Positions 41,512-51,572 of a stretch of 64,000 bases of DNA are shown here, one piece after another. Below the pieces are notes generated by a model. That model was not told where the DNA came from and did not search any database. It saw only the letters and a program-made list of their open reading frames with translations. Positions within the stretch are counted from its first letter, which is position 1. Each line of letters starts with the position of its first letter. Source of the stretch: an uncultured delta proteobacterium (GTDB lineage: Bacteria; Myxococcota_A; Polyangia; Polyangiales; Houyiibacteriaceae); the NCBI GenBank assembly GCA_963699755.1, contig CAVOVB010000001.1, positions 640,001 to 704,000 of the forward strand. Reading direction: 5' to 3'. The position numbers and the translations under genes were made by a program.

Positions 41512-42792
41512 CTATGGGGCGTCCGTGGCGCTGCCGCTGCGTTCACTCTGCTCGGTTCGAGGGACGAAACCACTCGGGACGCGGGGCGGAGGCGGCACGA
41601 CGCTCTCGGGGGCAATGGTCGTTCGAAGCATTCGCGTGCCCCAGGGTGCGCGCGCGGCCACGAACAGCGAGAGCAGGAGCAAGGCCAGCACGATGCCGGC
41701 AAGCCAGCGGTTAGCCTGCCGCTTCTGGAAGATATCGCCTGCGCCGACTTCCGGCATCGTGCGCGGGGCAATCTCCAGCCCGTACCTCTCCGCCAGCTCT
41801 ACAATCTGCGTCAAGTGGATCCCGGGCACGCCGATCTCGAGAAAAGCACCCAGCACCGACGGAGGCATGTCCTCGATGCCTTTTGGCGGCCGCGTGTTGA
41901 CGCCAGGCACGAACTTGCGCTTCCCGACCTTCGTGCCGACCGACACCGTACCGCCGCCTATGTTGACGTAGGCCTTGATGGGACGGTCGCCTGCGACTTC
42001 GTGGTAGAGGCGAACACGCTCTTGGACGCGATCTTGATCGACCAGACCGTAGTTCTGCGGGACCTGTTCGGCCTCCTCTTCGTCGCTGTCCGATCGCGAG
42101 TCGTCCGACTCGATCTCCGCAAGCACCGGAATCTTGTTCCGCTCGATGGCGCGCTGGAGCATCTGGCGCCCGCGCTTGGTGAGGCCGATGGCATCGTCGC
42201 CCACACCACCGAGCGACGCGGCAACCGATTTGTAAGGGAAGACCTGGTTCTTGCGGAGCGCGGCTTCCATGTCGAGCCACGTGAAGCTGGGATCGTTGGC
42301 ACCATACTGGGAAGCCGCAGTGCTCGAGATGATGATGGGCTCGAGACCGAGCTCGTGAATCGCGGCGTAGACCGCTACATTGATCGCAGGGAAGGAACCG
42401 GAGACGCCGACGGCGACCACGTCGCCGGTCTTGACATGAATCTCCTTCAGCCACTCCACCACCACCGCGGCGAAGTTGGGGTTCACTGTGGTTTGCTTGG
42501 AAACCAGGCTGCCGCTGCCGCTGGTGATCGGCGATAGTGGATCGCCAATCAACCTCGAGCCGGATGGATCGAACTTGGGCTCGAGGCGAAAGCCGCGCTG
42601 TTCAGAAGCGTCGGCGATGACGTCAAACGCGTCTTGCGCCTTGCGGGCGGCGAGCATCTTCTCTGCGTAGTGGGGCTGCTGCTCTTCGGTGGGGAACACC
42701 TCGACCGCCACGAGTCCGACCACAGCCAGCGCCGCAACCAGCGCGCGCTGAACCTGAGAGGCCCCCTCGGGCTTCCAGTACATCCCTCTCAT
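41512..42792 (-). CDS. pgsW: Poly-gamma-glutamate system protein (PgsW-type)
   Basis: SKQTTVNPNFAA, SGSFPA, SQYGAN, YVNIGG; ATGA-coupled to pgsC. Confidence 0.78.
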   Translation of the reverse strand: MRGMYWKPEGASQVQRALVAALAVVGLVAVEVFPTEEQQPHYAEKMLAARKAQDAFDVIADASEQRGFRLEPKFDPSGSRLIGDPLSPITSGSGSLVSKQTTVNPNFAAVVVEWLKEIHVKTGDVVAVGVSGSFPAINVAVYAAIHELGLEPIIISSTAASQYGANDPSFTWLDMEAALRKNQVFPYKSVAASLGGVGDDAIGLTKRGRQMLQRAIERNKIPVLAEIESDDSRSDSDEEEAEQVPQNYGLVDQDRVQERVRLYHEVAGDRPIKAYVNIGGGTVSVGTKVGKRKFVPGVNTRPPKGIEDMPPSVLGAFLEIGVPGIHLTQIVELAERYGLEIAPRTMPEVGAGDIFQKRQANRWLAGIVLALLLLSLFVAARAPWGTRMLRTTIAPESVVPPPPRVPSGFVPRTEQSERSGSATDAP

Positions 42793-43247
42793 AGCGCTAC
42801 CTCTCCAATCGCTACGACCAAGACCATGCGAACGATGATCGCCGCAGTGACGAGGCTGAGCGTCGTCTCGAGGACGCCCTGCCGCTGGTACCAAATCGCG
42901 ATGAGCCCTGGAATGATGAAGCCGATGATCGCGCCTTCGGCGAACGGAGCAGCGGGGGAGTCCAACCACATTCGCATACCGAGGCCCACCAGATAGCCGA
43001 CCAGAATGGTGAGCGCCGTTCGACGTCGGCCGTAGACAATCGCGATCTGCGAAACGCCCTTGAGAAAGCCGAAGGTCAAGAGGGCGGCCAGCAGCGTCAA
43101 CCCGATATCGACCGGCTGGTTCATGTAGAGGGCAATGTAGCCTGGGACGACCATCCCGCCGGCTGCAAGCCCGAAGAGCTCGCCGTAGAGAAGGCTGGCT
43201 GCAAGGCCCAGCCCGATCGAAAGGGTCAACAACTCAATCTCTGGCAT
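42789..43247 (-). CDS. pgsC: Poly-gamma-glutamate biosynthesis protein PgsC/CapC
   Basis: AGGMVVPGYIAL, VYGRRR, IGFIIPGLIA...RQG. Confidence 0.92.
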   Translation of the reverse strand: MPEIELLTLSIGLGLAASLLYGELFGLAAGGMVVPGYIALYMNQPVDIGLTLLAALLTFGFLKGVSQIAIVYGRRRTALTILVGYLVGLGMRMWLDSPAAPFAEGAIIGFIIPGLIAIWYQRQGVLETTLSLVTAAIIVRMVLVVAIGEVAL

Positions 43248-44430
43248 GGTCCATCCCCCGATTGGCGAAATACTCGGCCAACGCCAAGCCCGGCCCCGCA
43301 ATGTTCCCAAGGCCCATCACCAGGGCGGAAGGCTCGGCAAGGCCGAGCAGAATCTCGAAAATGTCGGCCGGATGGGTCCGGTCGACGAAAACCAAACGCG
43401 TCGGATCGAGACCGCTCTTCACCGCGGCTCGGGCGAAAATGTACTGACCGCTGCCAAGCAAGACCACCTCGTCCGCCTGGGTCCATTGGGCGTATGACTC
43501 GGCGAGTTGCTCGGAGCGGTCGGCGCGGTCCGATCGGCAATTGAAGACGGCGATACGCCTGGTGAGCTCGCGATGCCGGCGCAGGGATTGCTCCCAGATG
43601 TAGTGGGTCGAAATCGGGTCGTTGGCCGCGAATCCGTTGACGAAGACGATGTGTCGGCCGAAAAACTCCACCTGGGCTTCGGTCATCGCTCCAGGGTCCG
43701 GCTTGGCTCTCCACATGCCTCGAAGAGCAGTCTCGTTGTCGATCCCGATTTCCTCGCAGACGGCAAGGGCGAGCTCGATGTTGTCCCGGTGCTCCAGATA
43801 GGAGAATGCCGCCACTTCTTCGTCCGTGAGCGGCCGGCTGATCTGCTCGGAGGCGTGAAAGCGTGAACCACGATCGGCGGCAACTTCTTCAAAAAAGGGG
43901 CGATGATGCCGCTCAGCGGTTAGAAAGACGCCGTTGACCGGAACCGTTGCGGCAAGCGCCCGAGCGACGTCGTCCTCGGTGGGGCCCATCACGTCGAGAT
44001 GATCGGGGCGCGCGTTGGTGATGACGCCGTGCGTGGCGCGAACGAGCTTCGACTCGGAAAGCCACTGAAGTTGGGGTTGGAGCGCCATGCACTCCACGAC
44101 GAGCGCATCGGCTCGCTGGGCGGCGGCCATGGTGATCGACTGCTTCTGCTCGATCACGTTGGCGCCGCCGGGACGGTAGACCGGCACTTCGCGGCCGTTT
44201 GGCAAAATGAAGCGGGGCACGGTGCCCGTGGTCTTGGCCACTGTGCGAAAGCCGGCTTCCCGCAGGCCGGCGGCGATGAGCCGGGTCACGCTCGTCTTTC
44301 CGCGCGTGCCGTTCACATGAATGCGAATGGGAATCCGCCGCAGCCGGCTCCGGTGAAGGATGAGCTCGATAATACCCATCGCGATGAGCAGCCCGCAGGC
44401 ACAGAGAAGGATGACAATCTCGTTAGACAC
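43234..44430 (-). CDS. pgsB: Poly-gamma-glutamate synthase PgsB/CapB
   Basis: RIHVNGTRGKTSVTRLI, AKTTG, NVIEQ, ECMALQP, ITNARPDHLDVMGP, FAANDP. Confidence 0.95.
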   Translation of the reverse strand: MSNEIVILLCACGLLIAMGIIELILHRSRLRRIPIRIHVNGTRGKTSVTRLIAAGLREAGFRTVAKTTGTVPRFILPNGREVPVYRPGGANVIEQKQSITMAAAQRADALVVECMALQPQLQWLSESKLVRATHGVITNARPDHLDVMGPTEDDVARALAATVPVNGVFLTAERHHRPFFEEVAADRGSRFHASEQISRPLTDEEVAAFSYLEHRDNIELALAVCEEIGIDNETALRGMWRAKPDPGAMTEAQVEFFGRHIVFVNGFAANDPISTHYIWEQSLRRHRELTRRIAVFNCRSDRADRSEQLAESYAQWTQADEVVLLGSGQYIFARAAVKSGLDPTRLVFVDRTHPADIFEILLGLAEPSALVMGLGNIAGPGLALAEYFANRGMDHARD

Positions 44431-44583
44431 TCGACTCGCCCCCGGGATAGATAGATCGGAAGCCCCCTGACGCCTGCCTCTTATCAGGTGCCGCTGCTGC
44501 GGCAAACCCGCTGCGCTGCGGCCTCCAAGGGTGTCGCGGCTGCGCCGGCCTCTCTTGCGAACTTGGTCACCGTGGCCCCTCCA

Positions 44584-44669
44584 TACCCCTAAAGGATGAA
44601 TAAAAATGTAATGAACTGTCGTGATCCCTAGACACCTACACCCTTAGGGATCCATACAGACCCTAAGGG
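44584..44669. promoter_or_regulatory. Repeated CCCT(T/A)AGGG boxes in a divergent promoter region
   Basis: TACCCCTAAAGG at 44584; inverted pair CCCTTAGGG (44641) / CCCTAAGGG (44661); AT-rich stretch between. Confidence 0.45.
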
Positions 44670-44677
44670 GTGAAATA

Positions 44678-46459
44678 GTGAAACGAGGGGTTTGCTTGGG
44701 CCTAGTGGGCCTTCTACTGCTTGGATGCGAGGGCGTGATTGGGGGAGCCGATGGCGGGCCACGTCTGGGGGACGACGGCCCGTCCAACGATCCCGGCTCA
44801 TCGTTCGGATACGCGAGTCAGGCCTCGCTGCTCCGGCTGACCAAGGCTCAGCACCAGCGAACGATGGCGGACCTCCTCGGTCACTTCCTCGGTGAAGATG
44901 CCGGCGCCGTGCTCGACGCAATCGAGCCGGCGTACGGCATCATCCCCGACGACCCATCGGAGATCGACATCGGCGGCCTGGTCGGCTCCACGTTCAGCCG
45001 CATGTCCCAGAACGTGGGCGAGCTTCACGTCCGCGGCTACTTCGACGTCGCACAGATCGCGGCCAATGCGATCGTGCAAGACGACCTGCGGCGCGGCAGA
45101 ATGTTCGGCAGCTGCGTCGACGCTGCGAGCGACGACCACTCCTCGTGCATCCTGCCCTTCATCGACTCGTTTGGCCTCTGGGCGATGCGCCGCCCGCTAA
45201 CCGATGAGGAGCGCGACTTCTTTCACCACGCGATCTTCGCGAACGACAGGCAGAATTACGAAGCGACGCCGCAGGCCCTTGCTGACCTGCTCGTCGCCTT
45301 CCTAATCTCCCCCAATTTCGTCTATCGGGTGGAAACGGGTGGTGAGGAAATCGACGAGGGCCTCTACGAGCTCGACGGGTTCGGGCTTGCCTCTCGGCTT
45401 TCGTACCATTTCTGGGGATCGATGCCCGATGAAGAGCTCTTCGCTGCAGCGGAGGATGGCTCTCTAATGACCGAAAGCGGTTACAACGCCCAAGTCGAGC
45501 GCATCTATTCCGACGCGCGCACGCGTGTGACCTTCCAGTCCTTCTTTGACGAATGGCTCGAGCTCTATAAATCTGGCGATCCCTTTGGCGGCGTGTCCTC
45601 TGGGAATGCGCAGAAGATGGCCTTCATCGAAGGGGTCAACGTCTCGCCGCAGCTTCGGGACAACATGATCGCCGAGGCGCTCGAGATGACGGAGTACTAT
45701 CGTCAGCACGGCACCTTCGAAGACCTCTTCACCAGCACGGGATCGTTCGCGCGAACAGCAGATCTTGCCGCGATCTACGAGGTTCCGACCTGGAGCGGCC
45801 AAGGGCCGCCAATCGAGTTCCCGACGCCTGAGCGCAGGGGAGTGCTCGGCCGGGCGGCGCTACTCGCAGCAGCAACGGTGCAAACCCACCCGATCCTCCG
45901 AGGGGTTCGCATTCGTGAGAACTTCTTGTGCGATGCGCTCGGGACGCCGCCTGCGAACGTCAACCGAGACATCGAGGAAGTCGACGCGCTAGTCGGCGCG
46001 ACCACACGGGAAAAGGTCGAGTTCCTGACCAGCCCCGGCGGCTGCGCGGGTTGTCACCAGTACATCAATGGGCTCGGCTTTCCGCTCGAAGCCTTTGACG
46101 CACTGGGCCGGCACCGAAGCGCTGAGATGGTCATCGATACCGAAGGCGGCGTGGAAATGTTTCCGATTGATGTTGCGGCCACACCGTTTATCGACGGGCT
46201 CGGTGACGACCGCACGGTGACTGGGCCGGCCGAACTCGTCGATCAGCTCATGGAGGGCGGCCAGCTTCAAGACTGCTTCGCGCAGCACTACGTTCGCTTC
46301 GCGCTGGGGCTCACCGCTGACCCGGACTTCGGAGGCGACCCCGAGACGATCGAAGCCCTGGGCGACGAGTTGCGCTCAGGAGCCCTTTTGAGCGACGCGC
46401 TCAAGCTGATCGCATTCATGCCGGCGTTCAAGCAACGCCTGAGAGGAGACGAGTCCTAA
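44678..46459 (+). CDS. DUF1592/DUF1588/DUF1595-type lipoprotein with one heme-c motif
   Basis: LLGC lipobox; [41 protein letters not shown]. Confidence 0.85.
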   Translation: MKRGVCLGLVGLLLLGCEGVIGGADGGPRLGDDGPSNDPGSSFGYASQASLLRLTKAQHQRTMADLLGHFLGEDAGAVLDAIEPAYGIIPDDPSEIDIGGLVGSTFSRMSQNVGELHVRGYFDVAQIAANAIVQDDLRRGRMFGSCVDAASDDHSSCILPFIDSFGLWAMRRPLTDEERDFFHHAIFANDRQNYEATPQALADLLVAFLISPNFVYRVETGGEEIDEGLYELDGFGLASRLSYHFWGSMPDEELFAAAEDGSLMTESGYNAQVERIYSDARTRVTFQSFFDEWLELYKSGDPFGGVSSGNAQKMAFIEGVNVSPQLRDNMIAEALEMTEYYRQHGTFEDLFTSTGSFARTADLAAIYEVPTWSGQGPPIEFPTPERRGVLGRAALLAAATVQTHPILRGVRIRENFLCDALGTPPANVNRDIEEVDALVGATTREKVEFLTSPGGCAGCHQYINGLGFPLEAFDALGRHRSAEMVIDTEGGVEMFPIDVAATPFIDGLGDDRTVTGPAELVDQLMEGGQLQDCFAQHYVRFALGLTADPDFGGDPETIEALGDELRSGALLSDALKLIAFMPAFKQRLRGDES

Positions 46460-48294
46460 TGCCGGTCCGCCAACTGGGTCGCCGCCACTTTCTACTGGGC
46501 ACCGGCGGTGCCGTTCTTTCGATTCCCTTTCTTCAGTCCCTTCAGCCGCGGACCGCGCGAGCCCAGGCGCCAGATCAGAAATTCTTCGTCGCGTACATGA
46601 CTGGTCATGGAGGCGTCTGGCCGGAGCACATGTACCCGGCGAGCAATGTCCTCACCAACAGCCATGCGCTCTACGCCGATCACACGATGCGCTACGGGCC
46701 TCTCTCCGCATCGTCGTCCGGCGGTCAGGTCTCGCTCTCGCCCGTCTTGACCGGTCCGGCTGCTTCGATGCCGCAGAGCCTGGTCAACAAGATGATGGTG
46801 ATCCGAGGGCTCGATGTGCCGACGTACATCGGCCACTCTACGGCCGCCACGCTTGGAAACTACGAGCGAAGGGACCAAGGGCCCGACAGTCCGAGTTTGT
46901 ACGTGCCCACGATCGATCAAATCCTCGCGGCATGGAGCGGATTCTACGGCGGGGGCGATCCGTACATGCTGAAGTCGATGCATGTGGGGGCGGCATTCTC
47001 ATGGGTACAGCGTTCGGCCGGAATTCAGGCGATGGATCCGGCAACCAGCCCCGCTGTCCTGTTCAGCCTAGTGCTCTCTACGGTTCCACCGTATCAGCCT
47101 TCGCCGACGCCTTCACCGACACCTTCGCCGACGCCTTCGCCTTCGCCGACGCCTTCGCCGACGCCTTCACCGACACCTTCGCCGACGCCTTCGCCGACGC
47201 CGACGCCTTCCCCTTCGCCGACGCCTTCGCCGACGCCGACGCCTTCCCCTTCGCCGACGCCTTCGCCGACGCCTTCGCCGACGCCTTCGCCTTCGCCGAC
47301 GCCCAGTCCGATCCCGATGCCGGGGCAGCCCGGGGAGAGCCGAACGCACGTGCTCAATCGTGTGGTGGAGCACTTCAATCAGCTGACCACGGGAGCGTTC
47401 GGAGACGCGCGTCGGCTCAGCGCTGGCGACAAGGCCCGTCTGAACGACCACATGGATATGGTCTCCGACCTAGCCCGCCGCTTCGACACCGCTGATGCGG
47501 TTGCAACGAAGGCCGGGGGAGTCGGAGCCGCCTGCAATCCGCAGTCTGGCAACACCGGGAACACCGACACCAAGGACGACATGTACTCGCCGGTCTACAC
47601 CGACCTGAAAGCCTGGCACGAAGACTACAACGCGGTCTTTGCAGCGGCGATCTCCTGCGGAGCCAGCCGGATCGCTACAGTTCGCATCGAGAACACCTTC
47701 CATCAGAGCTCGCAGTACACGATCGACTGGGAGCAATGGCACGAGCCCGTCGCGCATCGCGCGGCTACGCCGCGAGCCAACTGGAGCGGTGGTACCCATC
47801 CGCAGGACATTCTCATCACTGCGAAGAACAACTTCTATCGCGACGCGTACCTGGATCTACTCGAGCGCTTGGACGCAATCGATGCGGGTGACGGAACCTC
47901 GCTGCTCGACAAGGGCCTGGTCATGTGGTCCCAGGAGTCTGGCCCCGTCACGCACGAAATGGACTCGACTCCGGTCATCACCGCGGGCAGCGTCGACGGC
48001 TACTTCAATACCGGAAACTACTTCGACCTCCGCAACGTGAACGCCCCTCAGTACTGGGACGACGGCAGCGGCAACACCGCGCTCCACGCGCAGCGACGCC
48101 CGGGGATCATGTACAACCAATGGCTGTCGAACATCTTGCAGTCGATGGGCATGAGCCCGAGCGAATTCCAACGAAGCCACCAGTACGGATGGGCGGGCTA
48201 CGGTCACGCCAAGATCGATCGCCCCGAACAGCACCCATCACGGCTGATCAGCGACGCGAACAAGAAGATTCCAAAGGTCACTTCGGGGACCTGA
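46459..48294 (+). CDS. DUF1552-type Tat-exported protein with internal Pro/Ser/Thr repeat
   Basis: RRHFL Tat motif, [27 protein letters not shown]-coupled to the DUF1592 gene. Confidence 0.82.
   Translation: MPVRQLGRRHFLLGTGGAVLSIPFLQSLQPRTARAQAPDQKFFVAYMTGHGGVWPEHMYPASNVLTNSHALYADHTMRYGPLSASSSGGQVSLSPVLTGPAASMPQSLVNKMMVIRGLDVPTYIGHSTAATLGNYERRDQGPDSPSLYVPTIDQILAAWSGFYGGGDPYMLKSMHVGAAFSWVQRSAGIQAMDPATSPAVLFSLVLSTVPPYQPSPTPSPTPSPTPSPSPTPSPTPSPTPSPTPSPTPTPSPSPTPSPTPTPSPSPTPSPTPSPTPSPSPTPSPIPMPGQPGESRTHVLNRVVEHFNQLTTGAFGDARRLSAGDKARLNDHMDMVSDLARRFDTADAVATKAGGVGAACNPQSGNTGNTDTKDDMYSPVYTDLKAWHEDYNAVFAAAISCGASRIATVRIENTFHQSSQYTIDWEQWHEPVAHRAATPRANWSGGTHPQDILITAKNNFYRDAYLDLLERLDAIDAGDGTSLLDKGLVMWSQESGPVTHEMDSTPVITAGSVDGYFNTGNYFDLRNVNAPQYWDDGSGNTALHAQRRPGIMYNQWLSNILQSMGMSPSEFQRSHQYGWAGYGHAKIDRPEQHPSRLISDANKKIPKVTSGT
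47098..47310 (+). repeat. Coding tandem repeat (CCTTCGCCGACG)n encoding (PSPT)n
   Basis: About 210 bp of near-perfect 6/12-bp units. Confidence 0.95.
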
Positions 48295-48300
48295 GCGGTC

Positions 48301-49962
48301 TCACTGCCCTTCGACGATCCTGATCTTCATCAAGTCACTCGATAGGGCGGGCGCGTGGATGGTCAGCTCCGAATCGCTACGCGTCCAACTGCCGTGAACA
48401 TCCTCGCCGATGTAGACCCGGTACGCCCGGTCTGGGTCGAGGTTACGCACGACCAGGTCGGTGGGGCGGGTGGTGACCTGGGCGCCATTGACCGTGACGT
48501 AGAGAATGGGATCGTCCCAGATGGCCTGATTCACGAAGGCATCGGGGTTGGAAACATGTGAGACGAATGGCTGCGCGTAGAAGTCAGGGCCACGTGGGTC
48601 TTCCACGACTGACCGGAAATTGTTTTCCGCCGTCGTCGCCTCTGCCCAGAGGGTGAAGCCGTTGGGAAACACCATGAACAGAGGCCACTCGGATTGATTC
48701 AGAAAGCCGTACTGGTTTCCTACCCAGAATCGCTCGCCCGCGACCGCATCGAATCCTTTCCGGAGCAGCGCGTAGCTGTCCGCATCGCCCATCTCCCGAG
48801 TCAGAACCGCCGCGTAGCCGGTGCCGATCATGTCGATCAGGGACAGATTCTGAAATTGCCCATGTCGGTTGGGTCCAAAGCTCACGATTCCGGTCCCGGG
48901 TTCGACGATCTCGATCGCCTCGCTGATGAAAGTGGGATAGTGCTCCTCGACGACCTCCGGGGCGAAGCCGTGCATGAAGTGGTGTGCCCAGGATGAATAC
49001 GCCCCGGGTAGCACCGTATCGAACTCGGGCACGGCCTCATAGGGCTTGTATCGGTTGTAGTAGTACCTTGTCTCGGGATCGAGCATGTTCGCGCCGTGCC
49101 ACTCGACGAACCGCGCGTTGGCCTCGGACGCATCCAGCTCGATCGACTTGGGCAGGATGGCGAAGGCGAGCTGTGCGACTGTGTTGCAGCAGGTGAAGAC
49201 CCAGGGGGTCTCGCAGCTGACCGAATAGAAGTTATCTCCGTTGCTGTCTCGGTTGCTCAAGCTCTGCTGATAGATGTCGCGTGACAAGTCGCGCAGGTTG
49301 GTCGTCCAGGTCTGGGAGCCGTCCGCGGTCCTGAGCTCGACATCATTATCGATGTACTTCCCGTCGCCGGCGTGCCGCTCATAGAAGCCCATCAACAACT
49401 GAAGATGGCCCGTGTACATGATGTTGTAGGGGTGGATGGGGTTGGCTCCGCCCCAGCTGAAACCGAGCTCATCGCCGCGCATCCAATAATCCCAGACGAC
49501 CGGGTTCAGAAGCTTCTGGATCATCCCATCCATCGTTTCGAGGTAGCGTTCTCGATAAGCAGGCGTCTGTTCGGCGAGCATCGAAACGCCATACCCCGTG
49601 AAAGCAATCGTGTATCGGTGCATGTTCACCGCACCGCCTGGCGCCCCCTCTCCTGCGGCCAAGCCAAACGGTACCTCTGGTCCCCAGTCGGCGGCGTTGA
49701 GGTCGTCCGGCGGAGTGATGGAGATCGAACGGATGTAATTGAACATCCCGAGCTTCTCGTTGCTCACGAAGGGAAGCTCGTCGAAGTCCGCAATCGAACC
49801 GGACTCGCTGAAGTCGTCCAGTCGGTCGATTCCCCCGGCGCCGCCAACACCGCCGGCACCGCCAATGACATCGGCCGGGCTGGCGCTTCCGCTTCCACAA
49901 GCGGTCACGAAGGCCAAGCCTAGGAGGCAAGCGATGGTGAACCCTCTGCTCGGAAATCTCAT
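48301..49962 (-). CDS. Linalool dehydratase/isomerase-like lipoprotein
   Basis: RYTIAFTGYG, NIMYTGHLQLL, SCETPWVFTCCN match the LinD pattern (NIMYxGHL; CEPxxxFxxCN); VTAC lipobox; AGGAG RBS. Confidence 0.78.
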   Translation of the reverse strand: MRFPSRGFTIACLLGLAFVTACGSGSASPADVIGGAGGVGGAGGIDRLDDFSESGSIADFDELPFVSNEKLGMFNYIRSISITPPDDLNAADWGPEVPFGLAAGEGAPGGAVNMHRYTIAFTGYGVSMLAEQTPAYRERYLETMDGMIQKLLNPVVWDYWMRGDELGFSWGGANPIHPYNIMYTGHLQLLMGFYERHAGDGKYIDNDVELRTADGSQTWTTNLRDLSRDIYQQSLSNRDSNGDNFYSVSCETPWVFTCCNTVAQLAFAILPKSIELDASEANARFVEWHGANMLDPETRYYYNRYKPYEAVPEFDTVLPGAYSSWAHHFMHGFAPEVVEEHYPTFISEAIEIVEPGTGIVSFGPNRHGQFQNLSLIDMIGTGYAAVLTREMGDADSYALLRKGFDAVAGERFWVGNQYGFLNQSEWPLFMVFPNGFTLWAEATTAENNFRSVVEDPRGPDFYAQPFVSHVSNPDAFVNQAIWDDPILYVTVNGAQVTTRPTDLVVRNLDPDRAYRVYIGEDVHGSWTRSDSELTIHAPALSSDLMKIRIVEGQ

Positions 49963-50020
49963 GAAACCTCTCCTGAAGAAGTCGCGTCTCGCAAAGAAGC
50001 GGTATGGTAAAGGCGAGCCG

Positions 50021-50629
50021 ATGTCAACGCTCGTGAGGCCTAGTTTCCCCAAGACCCGCCTGATCGCGTGGGAGGTCTTCGCGATCTGCTCGGTGACCAT
50101 CATCTTGTGTGCGTGCTCGAAGAAGAGCGCCGAGCAAGTGCCGATCATCGCGCAGCTCCCTGCGCCTTCGCTCGTCGACCAGGATCGGCAGGTCTTCGAG
50201 CGCGAAGCGATGGAGGGGAAACTCTGGGTGACCTCCTTCGTGTTCACCCATTGTCGCGCGACCTGCCCGCGACTGATGGCGCAGATGAAGAAGCTACAAG
50301 GACGCGTTTCCAACGTTCCAAGCGCCCAGCTTCTTTCGGTGAGCGTCGATCCGCAAAACGATACACCCGAGGTGATCAAGGCTTACATGCGGAGGAACGG
50401 ATTCGATGAATCCAACTGGCGCTTCGTGACCGGCGACGAAGATGCGGTTCAGGATTTCGTAGTCGGCGGCTTCAAGGTCGGCTACGGTCAGACCCGATGG
50501 TCGACCGAGCTGACACACTCGAATTCCTTGGCACTCGTGGATGACCTCGGCCGGATCCGAGGCTACTACCGCTCGGATGACGAGGGCCTCGCCGAGCTCG
50601 AGCGTGACCTGCGGGCGATTGCGCCCTAG
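50021..50629 (+). CDS. SCO1/SenC copper chaperone
   Basis: FTHCRATCP (CxxxC), VDPQNDTP, THS. Confidence 0.9.
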   Translation: MSTLVRPSFPKTRLIAWEVFAICSVTIILCACSKKSAEQVPIIAQLPAPSLVDQDRQVFEREAMEGKLWVTSFVFTHCRATCPRLMAQMKKLQGRVSNVPSAQLLSVSVDPQNDTPEVIKAYMRRNGFDESNWRFVTGDEDAVQDFVVGGFKVGYGQTRWSTELTHSNSLALVDDLGRIRGYYRSDDEGLAELERDLRAIAP

Positions 50630-50703
50630 CAGCGGCAGGGATAGGAGCACGAGCTCTTGAGGTGCAGCGACGAAGTCATGAATGCACCCATCGGCCAAGC
50701 GGC

Positions 50704-51565
50704 ATGAGCGAGGCACGTGAAAATGGGGTCGGGCGACCGCATCGGCTCTTCGGAGTGAAGATGATGAACCTGATCGGTCGTGCGGCCAATGCCCTGGGCA
50801 TGCATCCGATCGCGCTCGACGAAGAAGAGTTGATCGATCGAGCGATCAAGAAAGCGCGGAGCTCGGATTTCGGCGGGGACGAGTTCCGGGAGGGACTTCG
50901 GCGCTTCCTGGCCAGCGCCGCGAGCCAAGCCGAGCTCACCCTACTGGGCCGTCTCATGGTCCAGCGGTACGTGACCGACAACCTCGTCAATCGCTTGAAG
51001 CTGGTCGACTGGCGCAAGAAGCATAGGGCAGTCGGGTGGCGTTCGGGGTGGGCGTTGGGTGCTGAAGTCTCCGGCGCACCTGCACTTGATCGACACGCTC
51101 CTGGATGTGTTTCCCGACGCGCGGATCGTGCATACGCATCGGGACCCGATCAAGGTCTGCGCATCAGTCGCGAGCTTGACTGCCACACTTCGAGGCGCTT
51201 CGACCGACAGGATCGATCTGCACGAGGTCGGCCGCCAGCAGGTCGACTGGTGGGCCAAGCTGATCGACCAATCCCTACGGCAACGAAAGCGCCTCGCGCA
51301 CAAGAGCGAGCAATTCTTCGACGTAACGATGAGCGAAACGGTGTCGGACCCGCTAGACGTGGTGCGCCGAATATACGCGCACTTCGGCTACCCACTCAGC
51401 CACGAAGTACAAGCCCAGATGCTCGCGTTCATGAAGGACAACAGCCGCAACAAGCACGGCTCACACACCTACGCTGCCGAGGACTTTGGAATCGACCCCG
51501 TGCGCGACCGGGCACCGTTCCAAGACTACATTGACTATTTTGGCCTTGCCGAGCCTAGCCGCTGA
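50704..51565 (+). pseudogene. Sulfotransferase (Sulfotransfer_3 type), internally deleted and frameshifted
   Basis: N-terminal domain ends at DWRKKH (~51024); another frame resumes RWVLKSPAHL...HTHRDP; the PRSGTT PAPS motif region is missing. Confidence 0.8.
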
Positions 51566-51572
51566 CCGATCT

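Noticed and set aside
47098..47310. Tandem repeat as a CRISPR array or a poly-Arg / (GVGE)n ORF
   Set aside because: No unique spacers or cas genes; it is an in-frame linker in the + strand gene.
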